From: a bacterium
GTDB taxonomy: Bacteria > Hinthialibacterota > Hinthialibacteria > Hinthialibacterales > Hinthialibacteraceae
NCBI GenBank assembly: GCA_963662285.2
Contig: CAXXMV010000001.1
Coordinates: 928,001-992,000 of the forward strand
Reading direction: 5' to 3'
Length of the DNA stretch: 64,000 bases
Below are positions 9,311-19,421 of the stretch, piece by piece (the stretch's first letter is position 1; each line of letters begins with the position of its first letter). Under the pieces are notes generated by a model. That model ran no database searches. It saw only the letters and a list, made by a program, of their open reading frames with translations, and was not told where the DNA came from. The translations under genes and the position numbers were made by a program.

Positions 9311-10647
9311 AACATTTCCCAATGCAAAACGTCTGTTCCCGCATTATTAAAGAAAACGTATACCCGCCCGTTTAGAGCATTGGAAGCGTCTCCAGAATCA
9401 ATAATTGAGCAGAGGACGGCAACATCGGTATCGCCATCACCATCAAAATCATCCTTCACGGCATAGCGCGGCTCCTCTTCCAGCATAAAAGAGGCTGTTT
9501 CAGTGAATTCAGCATTGCCATTATTCTCGAATATCTTCAAACTTGCTTCGAGTCTGTTAGCGCCACCGACATTAACGATTTCCTGGACAGTTGTGATGTA
9601 ATCAACATCGCCGTCCATATCATAATCATCCACCAATACGCTGAAGGCCATACCGGGCGCTGGAATCGAAACTAAAGGACTAAATCGGTCGCCTTTGTTT
9701 TCAAAGATATTTATTGATGCATTGGTTCCTAAAAAGGAGGCCAGGCCATCCATGTCGCCAACATTGGATACGGCTATATCTTCCAAGCCATCGCTGTTGA
9801 AATCTCCCTTATCCAGGCTCCAAGGGAAGAAATTGATATCCAGGGGCATGTATTCTGCAAGTTTGTCACCTGTTCCATTAAAGATGGAGATATTCATATA
9901 GGTGTATATCAAATTGAAACTGGAATCCAAATCAGTTGCTCCCTGGTTAACGCCGACGATATCTTTATTGCCATCCTGATTATAATCGAACGCCAAAAAA
10001 TCGACTAAACTTCCATCCGTATATTTAGGTAAATTAGAAGAGAACAATCCATGCCCCCGGTTATCGAATGAGTATATGCCAGCTTCATAGACATTTAAGG
10101 TTAATTTGACTTCGTCTAATTTAAGCTCACCGTTATTACTCACAATAACTTCATTATCACCATCTCCGTCTAAATCACTTATTTTCAATGCCGATGGAAT
10201 GCCTGATATGGGCTGGAATATCTGTATATAGCTGCCATCCTCTTCTGAATAGAGAAAAGCAATACCAGATTCAGCAGGGGTGCCCAATTGCGCACGGGTC
10301 AGATTTTGCACAAAAGCAACGGCCAGATCGAGGTTCCCCGAGCCATCCAGGTCGCCAATGGTTAGCGCTACGGGATGTTTTCTATCTGATTCCAGAGGCA
10401 AATTAACAATATTGTTAAAATTACCGTTTCCATCGTTAAAAGCCAATGTAATTGAATGGCTGAAAATGTTTGATACAGCTATATCAACATCGCCATCGCC
10501 GTCCAGGTCACCTGAATCGATAGTGCTGGAACGTAAACCTGTCCCGAAAATTGCTCCTTGTTCAAAAGAAATATCGGCGTAAAGATTCGCCGGAACGCAA
10601 AGAACCAAACCTAACACCATGATATAACATACTCTTTTCAATAACAT
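9307..10647 (-). CDS. Secreted FG-GAP/VCBS-repeat beta-propeller protein
   Basis: Signal peptide; seven DxDGDGDxD-type repeats (GDLDGDGDVDIAV, GDFNSDGLEDIAV, DDFDGDGDTDVAV). Confidence 0.88.
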   Translation of the reverse strand: MLLKRVCYIMVLGLVLCVPANLYADISFEQGAIFGTGLRSSTIDSGDLDGDGDVDIAVSNIFSHSITLAFNDGNGNFNNIVNLPLESDRKHPVALTIGDLDGSGNLDLAVAFVQNLTRAQLGTPAESGIAFLYSEEDGSYIQIFQPISGIPSALKISDLDGDGDNEVIVSNNGELKLDEVKLTLNVYEAGIYSFDNRGHGLFSSNLPKYTDGSLVDFLAFDYNQDGNKDIVGVNQGATDLDSSFNLIYTYMNISIFNGTGDKLAEYMPLDINFFPWSLDKGDFNSDGLEDIAVSNVGDMDGLASFLGTNASINIFENKGDRFSPLVSIPAPGMAFSVLVDDYDMDGDVDYITTVQEIVNVGGANRLEASLKIFENNGNAEFTETASFMLEEEPRYAVKDDFDGDGDTDVAVLCSIIDSGDASNALNGRVYVFFNNAGTDVLHWEMF

Positions 10648-10919
10648 TGTAATTCTCCTTATATTACTTGTATCAAAGATATCTTGAATTAAAATTACAT
10701 TCTTTTAAACCTTGAATCACCTTTTGGAAGCGTTTTAACTTAACAATTGCTCAAAATAGCCGAATTATTCATAATTCTGACCACTCCACTATAAATCAAA
10801 TGGATATTGTAAATGTATCTGAATTGTAATAAATTGTCACTATTATAAAAACGAATTGATGTTTTGGCTGCATTAAACTATAGTTCAGTGTGAGTTAGTA
10901 AAAGAAATGGAGCAGGACG

Positions 10920-11471
10920 TTGAAGACAAAGGCATTCACATTGATCGAATTGTTGATCGTTGTAGCGATTATCGGGATTCTCGCGTTAATCGTAATGCCT
11001 AATTTTTTAAACGCTCAGATTAAAGCCAAAGTAGCCCGCAGCCAGGCTGATATTCGCACTATCTCTAATGCAATCATGGCGTATAGGATCGATAATAACA
11101 ATATCCCCCCCATTCCACGCTCAAATGGCACATCGACCATAATCCGTCCCATGCACTTATCGGTGCTGTTTAATTTAACCACGCCCATCAACTACATCTC
11201 CATCGGGTCGCTCAAAAGCCCGTTCTCTGTATATCATGGTTATTGGTTTTACAATTGGGATTGGTTCGTTGAAGAATCCGGCTCGCCGCCCATCTGGTTT
11301 TGGAATAGCACGGAACATCCTGAGCAAACATTATGGATGGTATCCACGCTGGGACCGAATCGCACTGAATTCCCTTATGATACGGTCAATGACAGCATCA
11401 TCCTGTGGTATGATTATCAACCAACCAACGGAATGAGAAGCCGGGGTCTCATCCAAACCCACGGCAAGTAA
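10920..11471 (+). CDS. Prepilin-type N-terminal cleavage/methylation protein (type IV pilin/GspG-like)
   Basis: KAFTLIELLIVVAIIGILALIVMPNFLNAQIKAKVAR; TTG start. Confidence 0.88.
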   Translation: MKTKAFTLIELLIVVAIIGILALIVMPNFLNAQIKAKVARSQADIRTISNAIMAYRIDNNNIPPIPRSNGTSTIIRPMHLSVLFNLTTPINYISIGSLKSPFSVYHGYWFYNWDWFVEESGSPPIWFWNSTEHPEQTLWMVSTLGPNRTEFPYDTVNDSIILWYDYQPTNGMRSRGLIQTHGK

Positions 11472-11497
11472 TCCCTATTGTTGTTGAGATTGATTAC

Positions 11498-11783
11498 GTA
11501 GGGGCGCCTCTCGTGGGCGCCCGGAATACGTATCAACCGTAGATGAAATCATAATCGGGCAACCATAAAGGATTGCCCCTACGGGCTTCGGGATACGCAT
11601 CAACCGTAGGTGGAATCATCATCGGGCAACCATGAAGGATTGCCCCTACGGGATTCGGGATACGCATCAATCGCAGGTGGAATCATCATCGGGCAACCAT
11701 GAAGGATTGCCCCTATGGGATTCGGGATATGCATCAACCGCAGGTGGAATCATCATCGGGCAACCATGAAGGATTGCCCCTAC
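11498..11783. repeat. REP cluster: one GTAG-REP followed by four tandem 67-bp units, each ending in an inverted 26-bp REP
   Basis: GTAGGGGCGCCTCTCGTGGGCGCCC at 11498; GGGCAACCAT(G/A)AAGGATTGCCCCTA(C/T) starting at 11557, 11624, 11691 and 11758; linkers nearly identical. Confidence 0.9.
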
Positions 11784-11796
11784 GGTGAGATTTTAA

Positions 11797-12948
11797 TCAA
11801 GTTGCCTGGCGGATGCTGTATTCAACCGCATAACAAATTTGGGCGGTCTGTTCTTCGGTCATTGAGGGATAAAAAGGCAGGGTTATTTCTCTATCGCCGA
11901 CGTTTTCAGTTATGGGGCAACGTACGTCATAATCTCCCAGCAGTTCGCGGTAAACGGTAAATTTATGAATGGCGGGATAGTGAATCGATGTCTGAATTCC
12001 CTGCTCTTTCATCCCTCCAATAAAGGCGTTCCGGCTGATGTTATAACTTAACAATATTGGGAAAATATGATAACCGACGATCTCATTACTTCTTTTTTGG
12101 AAGGGGATGGAGACGCCATCCAGGTTTTGCAGCAAATTCACATATTGCGCATAGATGCCCCGTCGTAATTCAAGATTGCGGTCCAGGCGTTGCATCTGGC
12201 TTAATCCCAGGGCGCTGGTCATCTCGTTGGGACGGTAATTCAATCCTATGGCCTGGACATCATAAGACAACGCCCGGCCTTTGAAACGATCCAGGGTTAA
12301 TGAGGTCATACCATGAGAACGCAATAAGCGGATCCGATCCGCCAATTGATCATTCCCGGTTACGATCATGCCGCCTTCGCCAGTGGTCATATTTTTATTG
12401 CTGAAGAAACTGAAGCAGCCCAGGTCACCATGGCATCCGCAGTTTTTACCATCATGGGATGTTATCAAAGCGTGGGCGCAATCTTCGATGATGGCGATAT
12501 TATGTTTTCGGGCGATGCGTGAGATTTCCGCCATTTGGCATGAAAAACCAGCGTAATGAACCACAACAATGGCTTTGGTTTTTTCGGTTATTTTCGCTTC
12601 AAAATCAGCGGGAGATACGGTCCAGTCGTTTTCATCGCAGATATCAACGAAAACCGGCTTGGCGCCAACCGCGCCTATGACATTAGCGCAGGCGACGAAT
12701 GTCATAGACGGCGTCATGACCTCATCACCGGATTTTATCCCCAGAGCCATCAACGAAAGATGCAGCGCGGCGGTTCCATTGCAAACCGCAATGGCATGGT
12801 CAATATTTAGTTTTTCCGCAAAGGCTTCTTCATAGCGCTTGGTGCGCCCCCCCATCGTCAACCAGCGATCACGGATAGGTTCGCAAACCGCATTCAGATC
12901 ATCTTCGGTTATATCGGGTTCAAAAAGAGGGATTTTCCAGTCTGGCAT
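11797..12948 (-). CDS. DegT/DnrJ/EryC1/StrS family PLP aminotransferase
   Basis: NGTAALHLSL, IIEDCAHA, FSFFSNKNMTTGEGG. Confidence 0.93.
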   Translation of the reverse strand: MPDWKIPLFEPDITEDDLNAVCEPIRDRWLTMGGRTKRYEEAFAEKLNIDHAIAVCNGTAALHLSLMALGIKSGDEVMTPSMTFVACANVIGAVGAKPVFVDICDENDWTVSPADFEAKITEKTKAIVVVHYAGFSCQMAEISRIARKHNIAIIEDCAHALITSHDGKNCGCHGDLGCFSFFSNKNMTTGEGGMIVTGNDQLADRIRLLRSHGMTSLTLDRFKGRALSYDVQAIGLNYRPNEMTSALGLSQMQRLDRNLELRRGIYAQYVNLLQNLDGVSIPFQKRSNEIVGYHIFPILLSYNISRNAFIGGMKEQGIQTSIHYPAIHKFTVYRELLGDYDVRCPITENVGDREITLPFYPSMTEEQTAQICYAVEYSIRQAT

Positions 12949-13002
12949 TAAAGCGCTCCTTGGGGATATTGTTTCTTGAGAGATTTATAAAAAAACGTGG
13001 AT

Positions 13003-13050
13003 AAAAGCGGTAGTCCAAAGTTTTCATAAGACCGGACTTTGAACTACCGC
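13003..13050 (-). terminator. Probable intrinsic terminator downstream of xylA
   Basis: GCGGTAGTCCAAAGT...ACTTTGAACTACCGC stem followed by TTTT on the minus strand. Confidence 0.6.
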
Positions 13051-13078
13051 GTATTCAGTAAATAGAGAAAGCAAAAGC

Positions 13079-14116
13079 CTAGCGCAGTTTCATCAATTTA
13101 TTCATGATCATCATTTCCATGGCTTCATAATCGCGTTGTTTGCGGAAGGCATCGATTTTCTTTCTATCCATGCTGCGTGAAATCTTCAGCAGGTTATTAA
13201 ACATTTCACGGCTATTCTTGAGATGATTGGTTGCACAACCATCTTTCTGGGTGCGCAATGCCTTAACATCCAATCCAACCATTTCGCCATTAAGACCAAA
13301 GCCGTTCTGATCAAGGACGTCAACCTGATTGAAGGCGCGGCGTAGATTCACAAAACCAAATGAACGATCCTGGTCATATTTCAAACCGTTCTGATCGTTG
13401 AGGTGAACGCTCCAGAGTTTGCCGTGCCAGAGTGCATAGGCCATATCATCTGATGGGTCAAGGCCAGCCAGGATGGAGTGCGCCGATTCGATTAAGCCGC
13501 CAACCCGGGCAGGATCAACCGTGCGATAGGACAAACCGAGGAAATGTCCGATGGTCGGGCAGAAAGATTGATCCATTGGTTCATTGGGTTTCATTTCGCC
13601 AAGAATCTTTATTTCGGGGTCATAATTAAGCAATGCATCCATGTATTCAACGAATCTGCCGACTGAAGCCGCGGCATCTTTGGACTCCCGCGTATAAGTG
13701 CCTTCACGGGCAGGCCACAGAACAATCAATTTTGTTCCGATAAGATTGGCAATATCAATCGTACGCAACGATCTATCGATAGCATACTGTCTCTCACTTT
13801 TGTTGTTGGATGTCCATCCACCATCAATAGTACGGGGGTCTTCCCACAAACGGGGGGCGACGAATTCTGGAACCAAGCCTTCGTTTTCCAACATTTTACG
13901 AATGCGAGTTGTTCCCCTTTTGGTTTGGGTTACATCCCAATCCGCTGGTACGACGTCATCATCATGAAACTGCACGCCGTCGAATCCCAGTTTTTTATAT
14001 TCCCCAAGGACGCTGGCGAAAGTTCGTTCTTTACGAACTGCCGGACCAAAGGGATCCGCTCCCGTATGAATATTCCATGGGCCAAACGAAAATCGATACT
14101 TGTCTTTCCGAACCAT
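13079..14116 (-). CDS. xylA: Xylose isomerase (short class I type)
   Basis: FSFGPWNI..GADPFG, FHDDD, WPAREG, EMKPNEP, ESAH, HLNDQNGLKYDQD metal-binding motifs. Confidence 0.8.
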   Translation of the reverse strand: MVRKDKYRFSFGPWNIHTGADPFGPAVRKERTFASVLGEYKKLGFDGVQFHDDDVVPADWDVTQTKRGTTRIRKMLENEGLVPEFVAPRLWEDPRTIDGGWTSNNKSERQYAIDRSLRTIDIANLIGTKLIVLWPAREGTYTRESKDAAASVGRFVEYMDALLNYDPEIKILGEMKPNEPMDQSFCPTIGHFLGLSYRTVDPARVGGLIESAHSILAGLDPSDDMAYALWHGKLWSVHLNDQNGLKYDQDRSFGFVNLRRAFNQVDVLDQNGFGLNGEMVGLDVKALRTQKDGCATNHLKNSREMFNNLLKISRSMDRKKIDAFRKQRDYEAMEMMIMNKLMKLR

Positions 14117-14178
14117 AATAAATCCTTTCCATTTCAGAATACTATATTAAAAGAAGTTAAAAAATATTCTCAATCCAA

Positions 14179-15129
14179 TCAACCATTAAATGCTTTTTGG
14201 AACATTTCCATACTACGCCGGACGCCTTCATCTGCGTCCGCCTTGCCTTCGAATTCCAGGGAGATATATCCACCATAGTTTACGTCCGCCAGAATTTTAG
14301 CTACCCGCTTATAATCCAGATCAAGCGTATACCACTCGCCGCCGCCGAAATAGGTTTTAGCCTGGACGAAAGTAGCCTTGGAAGCAATTTTCTCTAATTT
14401 TTCATAAGGTTCTTCAAGAAAATTACCCGTATCCATTAGAAGTCCCATCCAGGGCGATTCAATGGCATCAACGATGCGAAGCAGGCCTTGCGGAGAGCGG
14501 GTTAATCCCCAGTGATTCTCCAGGGCTAGAACCACGCCGCATTCTTCGGCTTTAGGCAGGCATTTCTCAATCGAGTCGATGCACCATTTGAAAGCATCTT
14601 CCTCGGTGTAACCTTCTATAACCGGCTCAAGTCCGCGTCTCTCCATTAATTCATCGAAGGTTTTAATCGTGCCCCAGCGCCCTGAATTCAGGCGTATGCA
14701 GGGGATGCCCATTTTGTAGGCCAGTTCGATGCATTTTTTGGTATGTTCGATATTTTTGTTTCGAGACTCAACATCAGGCTCCACGAAGTCCTGGTGTATG
14801 GAGAGACAGATAAGATCGATGCCGTTTATGAAGGCGTGCCTCTTGATGCTTTGCAAATAAGCGTTTTCTTCACTTTGAGTATAATCTTTATTGTAGCAAT
14901 CCATCTGTTGATGAAGAACATCCACGCCTTCAATGCCAAATTTGGCCGCGTTATCAATTACTTGATGAATGGTGACTTTGGGATCTCTGAAATGCCAGTA
15001 TGAATAACTGGATAATCCAAACTTAATGCGTTTCTTTACGGCGGGAGCTGAATAAGCTGAGTTTACAGCCAAGGTTGCGCCAACAGCGCCGGCGGCAGTT
15101 GATAACATGGCACGTCGGTTTATTTTCAT
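14179..15129 (-). CDS. Tat-exported sugar phosphate isomerase/epimerase (xylose isomerase-like TIM barrel)
   Basis: Twin-arginine signal NRRAML; LALENHWG, MDTGNF, ISLEFEG. Confidence 0.85.
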   Translation of the reverse strand: MKINRRAMLSTAAGAVGATLAVNSAYSAPAVKKRIKFGLSSYSYWHFRDPKVTIHQVIDNAAKFGIEGVDVLHQQMDCYNKDYTQSEENAYLQSIKRHAFINGIDLICLSIHQDFVEPDVESRNKNIEHTKKCIELAYKMGIPCIRLNSGRWGTIKTFDELMERRGLEPVIEGYTEEDAFKWCIDSIEKCLPKAEECGVVLALENHWGLTRSPQGLLRIVDAIESPWMGLLMDTGNFLEEPYEKLEKIASKATFVQAKTYFGGGEWYTLDLDYKRVAKILADVNYGGYISLEFEGKADADEGVRRSMEMFQKAFNG

Positions 15130-15347
15130 AATAACGCCTCTCCAGTAAATTGTTTATTAAATATACCACGCATCTGAATTTCTATTTAATAAGCATGATG
15201 ATATATACTAGCATTATTTTTATTTAAAGAGTATTTTCACAGAACAAATTAATACTCATTAATCGACTGTCCATAGAAATGCTTGGCGCTCTTTTCATGT
15301 TTGAGTTATAATCACTCTATAAAAACACAACGGTATAAGGAAACATT

Positions 15348-15926
15348 ATGTCGCGCATATCTTCGAAACCAGACAAAGAATATCCGTGGTGGATTCGGCT
15401 GTTTTTTCGTTCTCAATACAAAAAGTATGGACAGGTTTTAGAACCAGCCAAAATCTGGGCGCGCATTCCACGGGTTTTTCTGGGCGTTGCTGCATTATAC
15501 GGAGGGCTGGACCGTAAATCATCGAATATTGAACCTGTGCTGCGGGCCTTAATCACCGTGCGCATTTCTCAAATAAACTGGTGCACCTTTTGCGTCGATA
15601 TCAATTCAGCCACCGTCTTGAAACGAGGCGGGACGGATAAGAAACTGGAAGATTTGGATAGTTTTCTGGATAGCCCGCACTTCTCAGATAAAGAAAAAGC
15701 CGCATTAGAATATGCCGAAGCAGTTACCTACACTGATCGTCAGGTAACGGATGAATTGTTCGCCAAAGTCAAACAGCATTTTGACGATGATGGAATAGTT
15801 GATTTAACCGGGCTTATCGCCTTCCAAAATCTATCGAGTAAGTTCAACGCATCCCTGGACGTAATGCCGCAGGGATTCTGTAAAATCGCTCCTCAGCCCA
15901 CCGGCGCTAATACAGAAAAAGAGTGA
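15348..15926 (+). CDS. Carboxymuconolactone decarboxylase/AhpD family protein
   Basis: RISQINWCTFCVDIN CxxC; EKAALEYAEAVT. Confidence 0.88.
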   Translation: MSRISSKPDKEYPWWIRLFFRSQYKKYGQVLEPAKIWARIPRVFLGVAALYGGLDRKSSNIEPVLRALITVRISQINWCTFCVDINSATVLKRGGTDKKLEDLDSFLDSPHFSDKEKAALEYAEAVTYTDRQVTDELFAKVKQHFDDDGIVDLTGLIAFQNLSSKFNASLDVMPQGFCKIAPQPTGANTEKE

Positions 15927-15941
15927 TATTCAAGCAGCGCT

Positions 15942-17123
15942 CTAATTAACTTTCAATTCATAAAAGGCATCGGCCAGCCGTTTGATCCCGGTATCTATGG
16001 CAGACTCATCAGCGTTGGAGAAATTCAAGCGCATTGTAGAGTCGCCGCCATCTTCACAATAGAATGGAAAACCGGGAACAAAAGCGACATTATTTTTTAC
16101 AGCAGCATCGAATAATTTCATCGACGACATCCCATCCGGTAAATCAGCCCAAAGAAACATCCCGCCTTCCGGCTCGGTGCATTTAATATCACCGTCGAAT
16201 CGCGCTTTGATGGCATGAACCATGGCGTCACGTTGTTTTTTATAGACTTCGCGAATTTTGTTGATATGTTCATCCATATCATAATCTACCAGCAATTGGT
16301 GAATCACGCGCTGCACGAAAGAACTGGAATGAAGATCAGAGGCTTGCTTGGCGACGATCAATTTCTCGATAAATTCCTTACGGGCGCAAATCCAACCCAG
16401 GCGGAAAGATGGAACAACAACTTTGGAAAACGAACCCAGTAAAAGAACGTTATCCATACAGAAAGATTTGACCGGAGCGATGTCAGAACCCATAAAGCGC
16501 AATTCTCCATAGGGATTATCTTCTACAAACAATAGATTATTATCATGCAGAAGTTGGGCTGTTTCCCGCCGGACTTCCTCAGAATAAGTGATGCCTGTCG
16601 GATTCTGGAAACTGGTTACAGAATAAATCAGTTTGATGGAGAATTGCCTTATAGTCCTTTTCAATTCATCTAAATCAATGCCCTCTTCAGTCAAGGCAAC
16701 CGGGTGAAACTCAGGTTGATACATGGAAAGAGCCTGCAAGGCGCCCAAGTAACCGGGCTTCTCAACTACAACCGGGTCGCCTTTATTGAGGAAGACCTTG
16801 CCGATCAGGTCGATGCCCTGCTGAGAACCATTGGTGATCAATATTTCATCGGCATCAACATCCATTCCGTATTGTTGGTTGTAACGTCCGGCTACCCATG
16901 AGCGCAAAGGGTGATAACCCTGGGTTTTGGCATATTGAAGGGCGCCCTTACTATCCGTCGCCAAAACTTTCTGACAGGCCTCGGCAATTTCCGCAGCAGG
17001 GAACAAATCGGGATTGGGCAATCCTCCAGCAAAGGATATCACTTCCGGTTTTCCTGCGACTTCCAGGATATCGCGGATAAAAGAACGGCGTGTATTAAGA
17101 ATTCTATCTGAGAAATAGTTCAT
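15942..17123 (-). CDS. PLP-dependent aminotransferase class I/II (LysN/MocR-domain type)
   Basis: ISFAGGLPNP, ITNGSQQG, FQNPTG, EDNPYG, GSFSK. Confidence 0.92.
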   Translation of the reverse strand: MNYFSDRILNTRRSFIRDILEVAGKPEVISFAGGLPNPDLFPAAEIAEACQKVLATDSKGALQYAKTQGYHPLRSWVAGRYNQQYGMDVDADEILITNGSQQGIDLIGKVFLNKGDPVVVEKPGYLGALQALSMYQPEFHPVALTEEGIDLDELKRTIRQFSIKLIYSVTSFQNPTGITYSEEVRRETAQLLHDNNLLFVEDNPYGELRFMGSDIAPVKSFCMDNVLLLGSFSKVVVPSFRLGWICARKEFIEKLIVAKQASDLHSSSFVQRVIHQLLVDYDMDEHINKIREVYKKQRDAMVHAIKARFDGDIKCTEPEGGMFLWADLPDGMSSMKLFDAAVKNNVAFVPGFPFYCEDGGDSTMRLNFSNADESAIDTGIKRLADAFYELKVN

Positions 17124-17186
17124 AGAAGGTTGTCCAATTTAAGTAAATATTACGAATATAGTATGTTCAGATAATCTAAAGATAGA

Positions 17187-17729
17187 TTATTTAAGATCAA
17201 GGTCAAGCAGATAAAAAGCATTCAATACAAGAGCATGACGGATAGTTCCATTTTGAATCATGGAGGGGATTTTATCTCCAGGAATCAATACTACTTGAAT
17301 GTCTTCGCCCGCATCCAGGTTCTGCGGATATTTTAACTCAACATTTTCAGCGCAAAAGATATGGCAGGTATTATTCAAAATCGCCGGATTGGGATGACAC
17401 GATCCGATGCATCTAACCTTATCAGAATGATATCCTGTCTCTTCCTTCAATTCACGTCGCGCCGCATCAATCGGGGATAGGTCGGCGCGATCAATCAGGC
17501 CGCCGGGAATCTCCAAGGTAACCTCTTCCATTCCAAAACGATACTGACGCACCATCACAATTTCGCCTTGGGGTGTAATGGGAATGACAATCACCCAATC
17601 TCTGGTTTCCAAGACAAAGACCTGTAGGTCATCGCCTGTACGAGGCGATTCCATCAGGTCGCTTCGAAGATCAAAGACCGGATAACGACAAACATACTCG
17701 CTGGATTTCTTCTTCCATGGACGAACCAT
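17187..17729 (-). CDS. NUDIX hydrolase (ADP-ribose pyrophosphatase-like)
   Basis: Nudix box EIPGGLID...AARRELKEETGY; RQYR. Confidence 0.92.
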   Translation of the reverse strand: MVRPWKKKSSEYVCRYPVFDLRSDLMESPRTGDDLQVFVLETRDWVIVIPITPQGEIVMVRQYRFGMEEVTLEIPGGLIDRADLSPIDAARRELKEETGYHSDKVRCIGSCHPNPAILNNTCHIFCAENVELKYPQNLDAGEDIQVVLIPGDKIPSMIQNGTIRHALVLNAFYLLDLDLK

Positions 17730-17755
17730 GTAATTATATACTCCTTTGGCAGGAT

Positions 17756-19339
17756 TTATTTCGCCATACCAGGATCGTTTATACTTAAAAGCGGCCCAAT
17801 ACGATGTCCATTATGAGGGATGCTATAAGTCCGGGAACCATTCGATGTTACAAAAGAATGCGATGCAACCGCTTCGGTCGACATAATATAACCAGAGTAT
17901 AACACGCCAATACGATAATCATATTCTGCATTCCCCGATGCAACAGGTTTTAAATCATAAGGCTTGTCACCGAGCATGACGCGAACATATTCTGGAGGCC
18001 TATTCATCATATCACGATAGACGCACCGCACATGATATTTTTTCCGGGAGTTTCCCACCAGTTCATAAATCTCAGCAGCATGCAGGAAAGGAGGAGGGTC
18101 GCCAGAAGGCACGCCTAGGGTTTCTGCAAATGCATAGACAATCAGTTCGCCCTCGGTCATAAGATCATCCTGCGACTTATACAGCGTATACGGCAATCCA
18201 AAGCTCTGATTATAACGATGCTCGCATTGGCATAATCCCGTCAAGACATCAGGAAACAGATCCGCAACATACTTGGAAAACCGGGTATCCTGCAAAACCC
18301 GCTCGGAATTGTAAAACCAGGGTAAATATTTCTGGCAAAGCAATTGACTAAAAAAAGCATCCTGAGCAGCGTAATTCGATTCAGCGCAATGTTCTCTTCT
18401 GAAGTGATCGTCGCTCCAGGCGCTTGAATGGATCCGGATAGCATAGTTGATGGAATTGCCGGAATCTTTCCACTGTTGCAGGAAAAGTTTTAATTGACGT
18501 TGTTCATAAAACGAATAACTGGTTTCCGGCCATGTCTCAGTCCAATATACGTTCTTCCCTTGGGCGGAACCTTCTAATGAGATGGGATGAACTGCGCTGC
18601 CCAACGCAACGCCATCTCTATCAAATAGCGGAATAAACATAAAGCGGCAGCGCCGTTTTACTGCGGCGGCGACAGGATCATCCGAAAGTAAAAAGCGAAT
18701 TATCCCTTCACAGAGCCATGAAGCGGCGCCCTCCAGGGCTTCTTCCCGCGCCAGGATAAAAATGGCTAATTTATCTTTGTCAACTATTTCCGGATCAGTA
18801 ACTGTTATCAAGGGAATAGAGAGCTGCTTGATCGGCGTTTGACATATAGATTGAAAATTGACATGGGGATTGGCGCCAATCTCCTTGATAAAATCATCTA
18901 ACCGGTTGTTGGGATAAGGTGGAGTAAAAGCCAGCCAGGCTCGATTTGATGCAAAAGTATGAGTGAAAGAATATTTAACTATATTCTGTTCACCGGGATA
19001 TGAGGTTGTGGTGCGCGTCTTGAGAAAAGACCAGTTTTTCTGATCATAACTGATCGCAGGAAGCGCGTCGCAGCTATAATAATCCTTACGGGCATGCTCA
19101 AATACAAAGGTTCTGGTTTTACCGCCAAGCCCATCAACTCTGAAAAAATACCATATCCCGCCAGAAGATGGAGCATGTTGCAGAACAATCTCACCACTGG
19201 CATTCTGCGTCCACCCGCCTAAACTGCCATTATCAAAATTCCAGGCGATCTGGAAATCGTTATCCGATGCAGATTGGGCGTATAGCGCAGGAAAGACAGA
19301 TAAATATAAAAGAACGATTACAGATGCACGTTTCATCAT
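17756..19339 (-). CDS. Secreted M14 carboxypeptidase-fold protein with degenerate active site
   Basis: Signal peptide; NFDNGSLG, WYFFRV and AFTPPYP typical of the M14 cytosolic-carboxypeptidase N-domain; altered catalytic motifs. Confidence 0.7.
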   Translation of the reverse strand: MMKRASVIVLLYLSVFPALYAQSASDNDFQIAWNFDNGSLGGWTQNASGEIVLQHAPSSGGIWYFFRVDGLGGKTRTFVFEHARKDYYSCDALPAISYDQKNWSFLKTRTTTSYPGEQNIVKYSFTHTFASNRAWLAFTPPYPNNRLDDFIKEIGANPHVNFQSICQTPIKQLSIPLITVTDPEIVDKDKLAIFILAREEALEGAASWLCEGIIRFLLSDDPVAAAVKRRCRFMFIPLFDRDGVALGSAVHPISLEGSAQGKNVYWTETWPETSYSFYEQRQLKLFLQQWKDSGNSINYAIRIHSSAWSDDHFRREHCAESNYAAQDAFFSQLLCQKYLPWFYNSERVLQDTRFSKYVADLFPDVLTGLCQCEHRYNQSFGLPYTLYKSQDDLMTEGELIVYAFAETLGVPSGDPPPFLHAAEIYELVGNSRKKYHVRCVYRDMMNRPPEYVRVMLGDKPYDLKPVASGNAEYDYRIGVLYSGYIMSTEAVASHSFVTSNGSRTYSIPHNGHRIGPLLSINDPGMAK

Positions 19340-19421
19340 TAAACATCACCCACATCACCAGGATTCGTTCTTTAATCTCAGCGCTACGCTCTAGGCAGCG
19401 CATCTATCCAATACTCCAAGA

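Noticed and set aside
11557-11783. CRISPR array (26-bp palindromic repeat, 67-bp period)
   Set aside because: The spacers are nearly identical to each other, the repeat carries the GTAG REP signature, and there are no cas genes in the window.
11715-11960. 81-aa plus-strand ORF
   Set aside because: It starts inside the REP array and runs antisense to the DegT gene; likely spurious, as are most short ORFs overlapping long genes in the track.
15920-15945. CGCTCTA matches here and at 19387 as further MITE ends
   Set aside because: Only 7 bp match, without the adjacent TTTTG or element body; compatible with chance.
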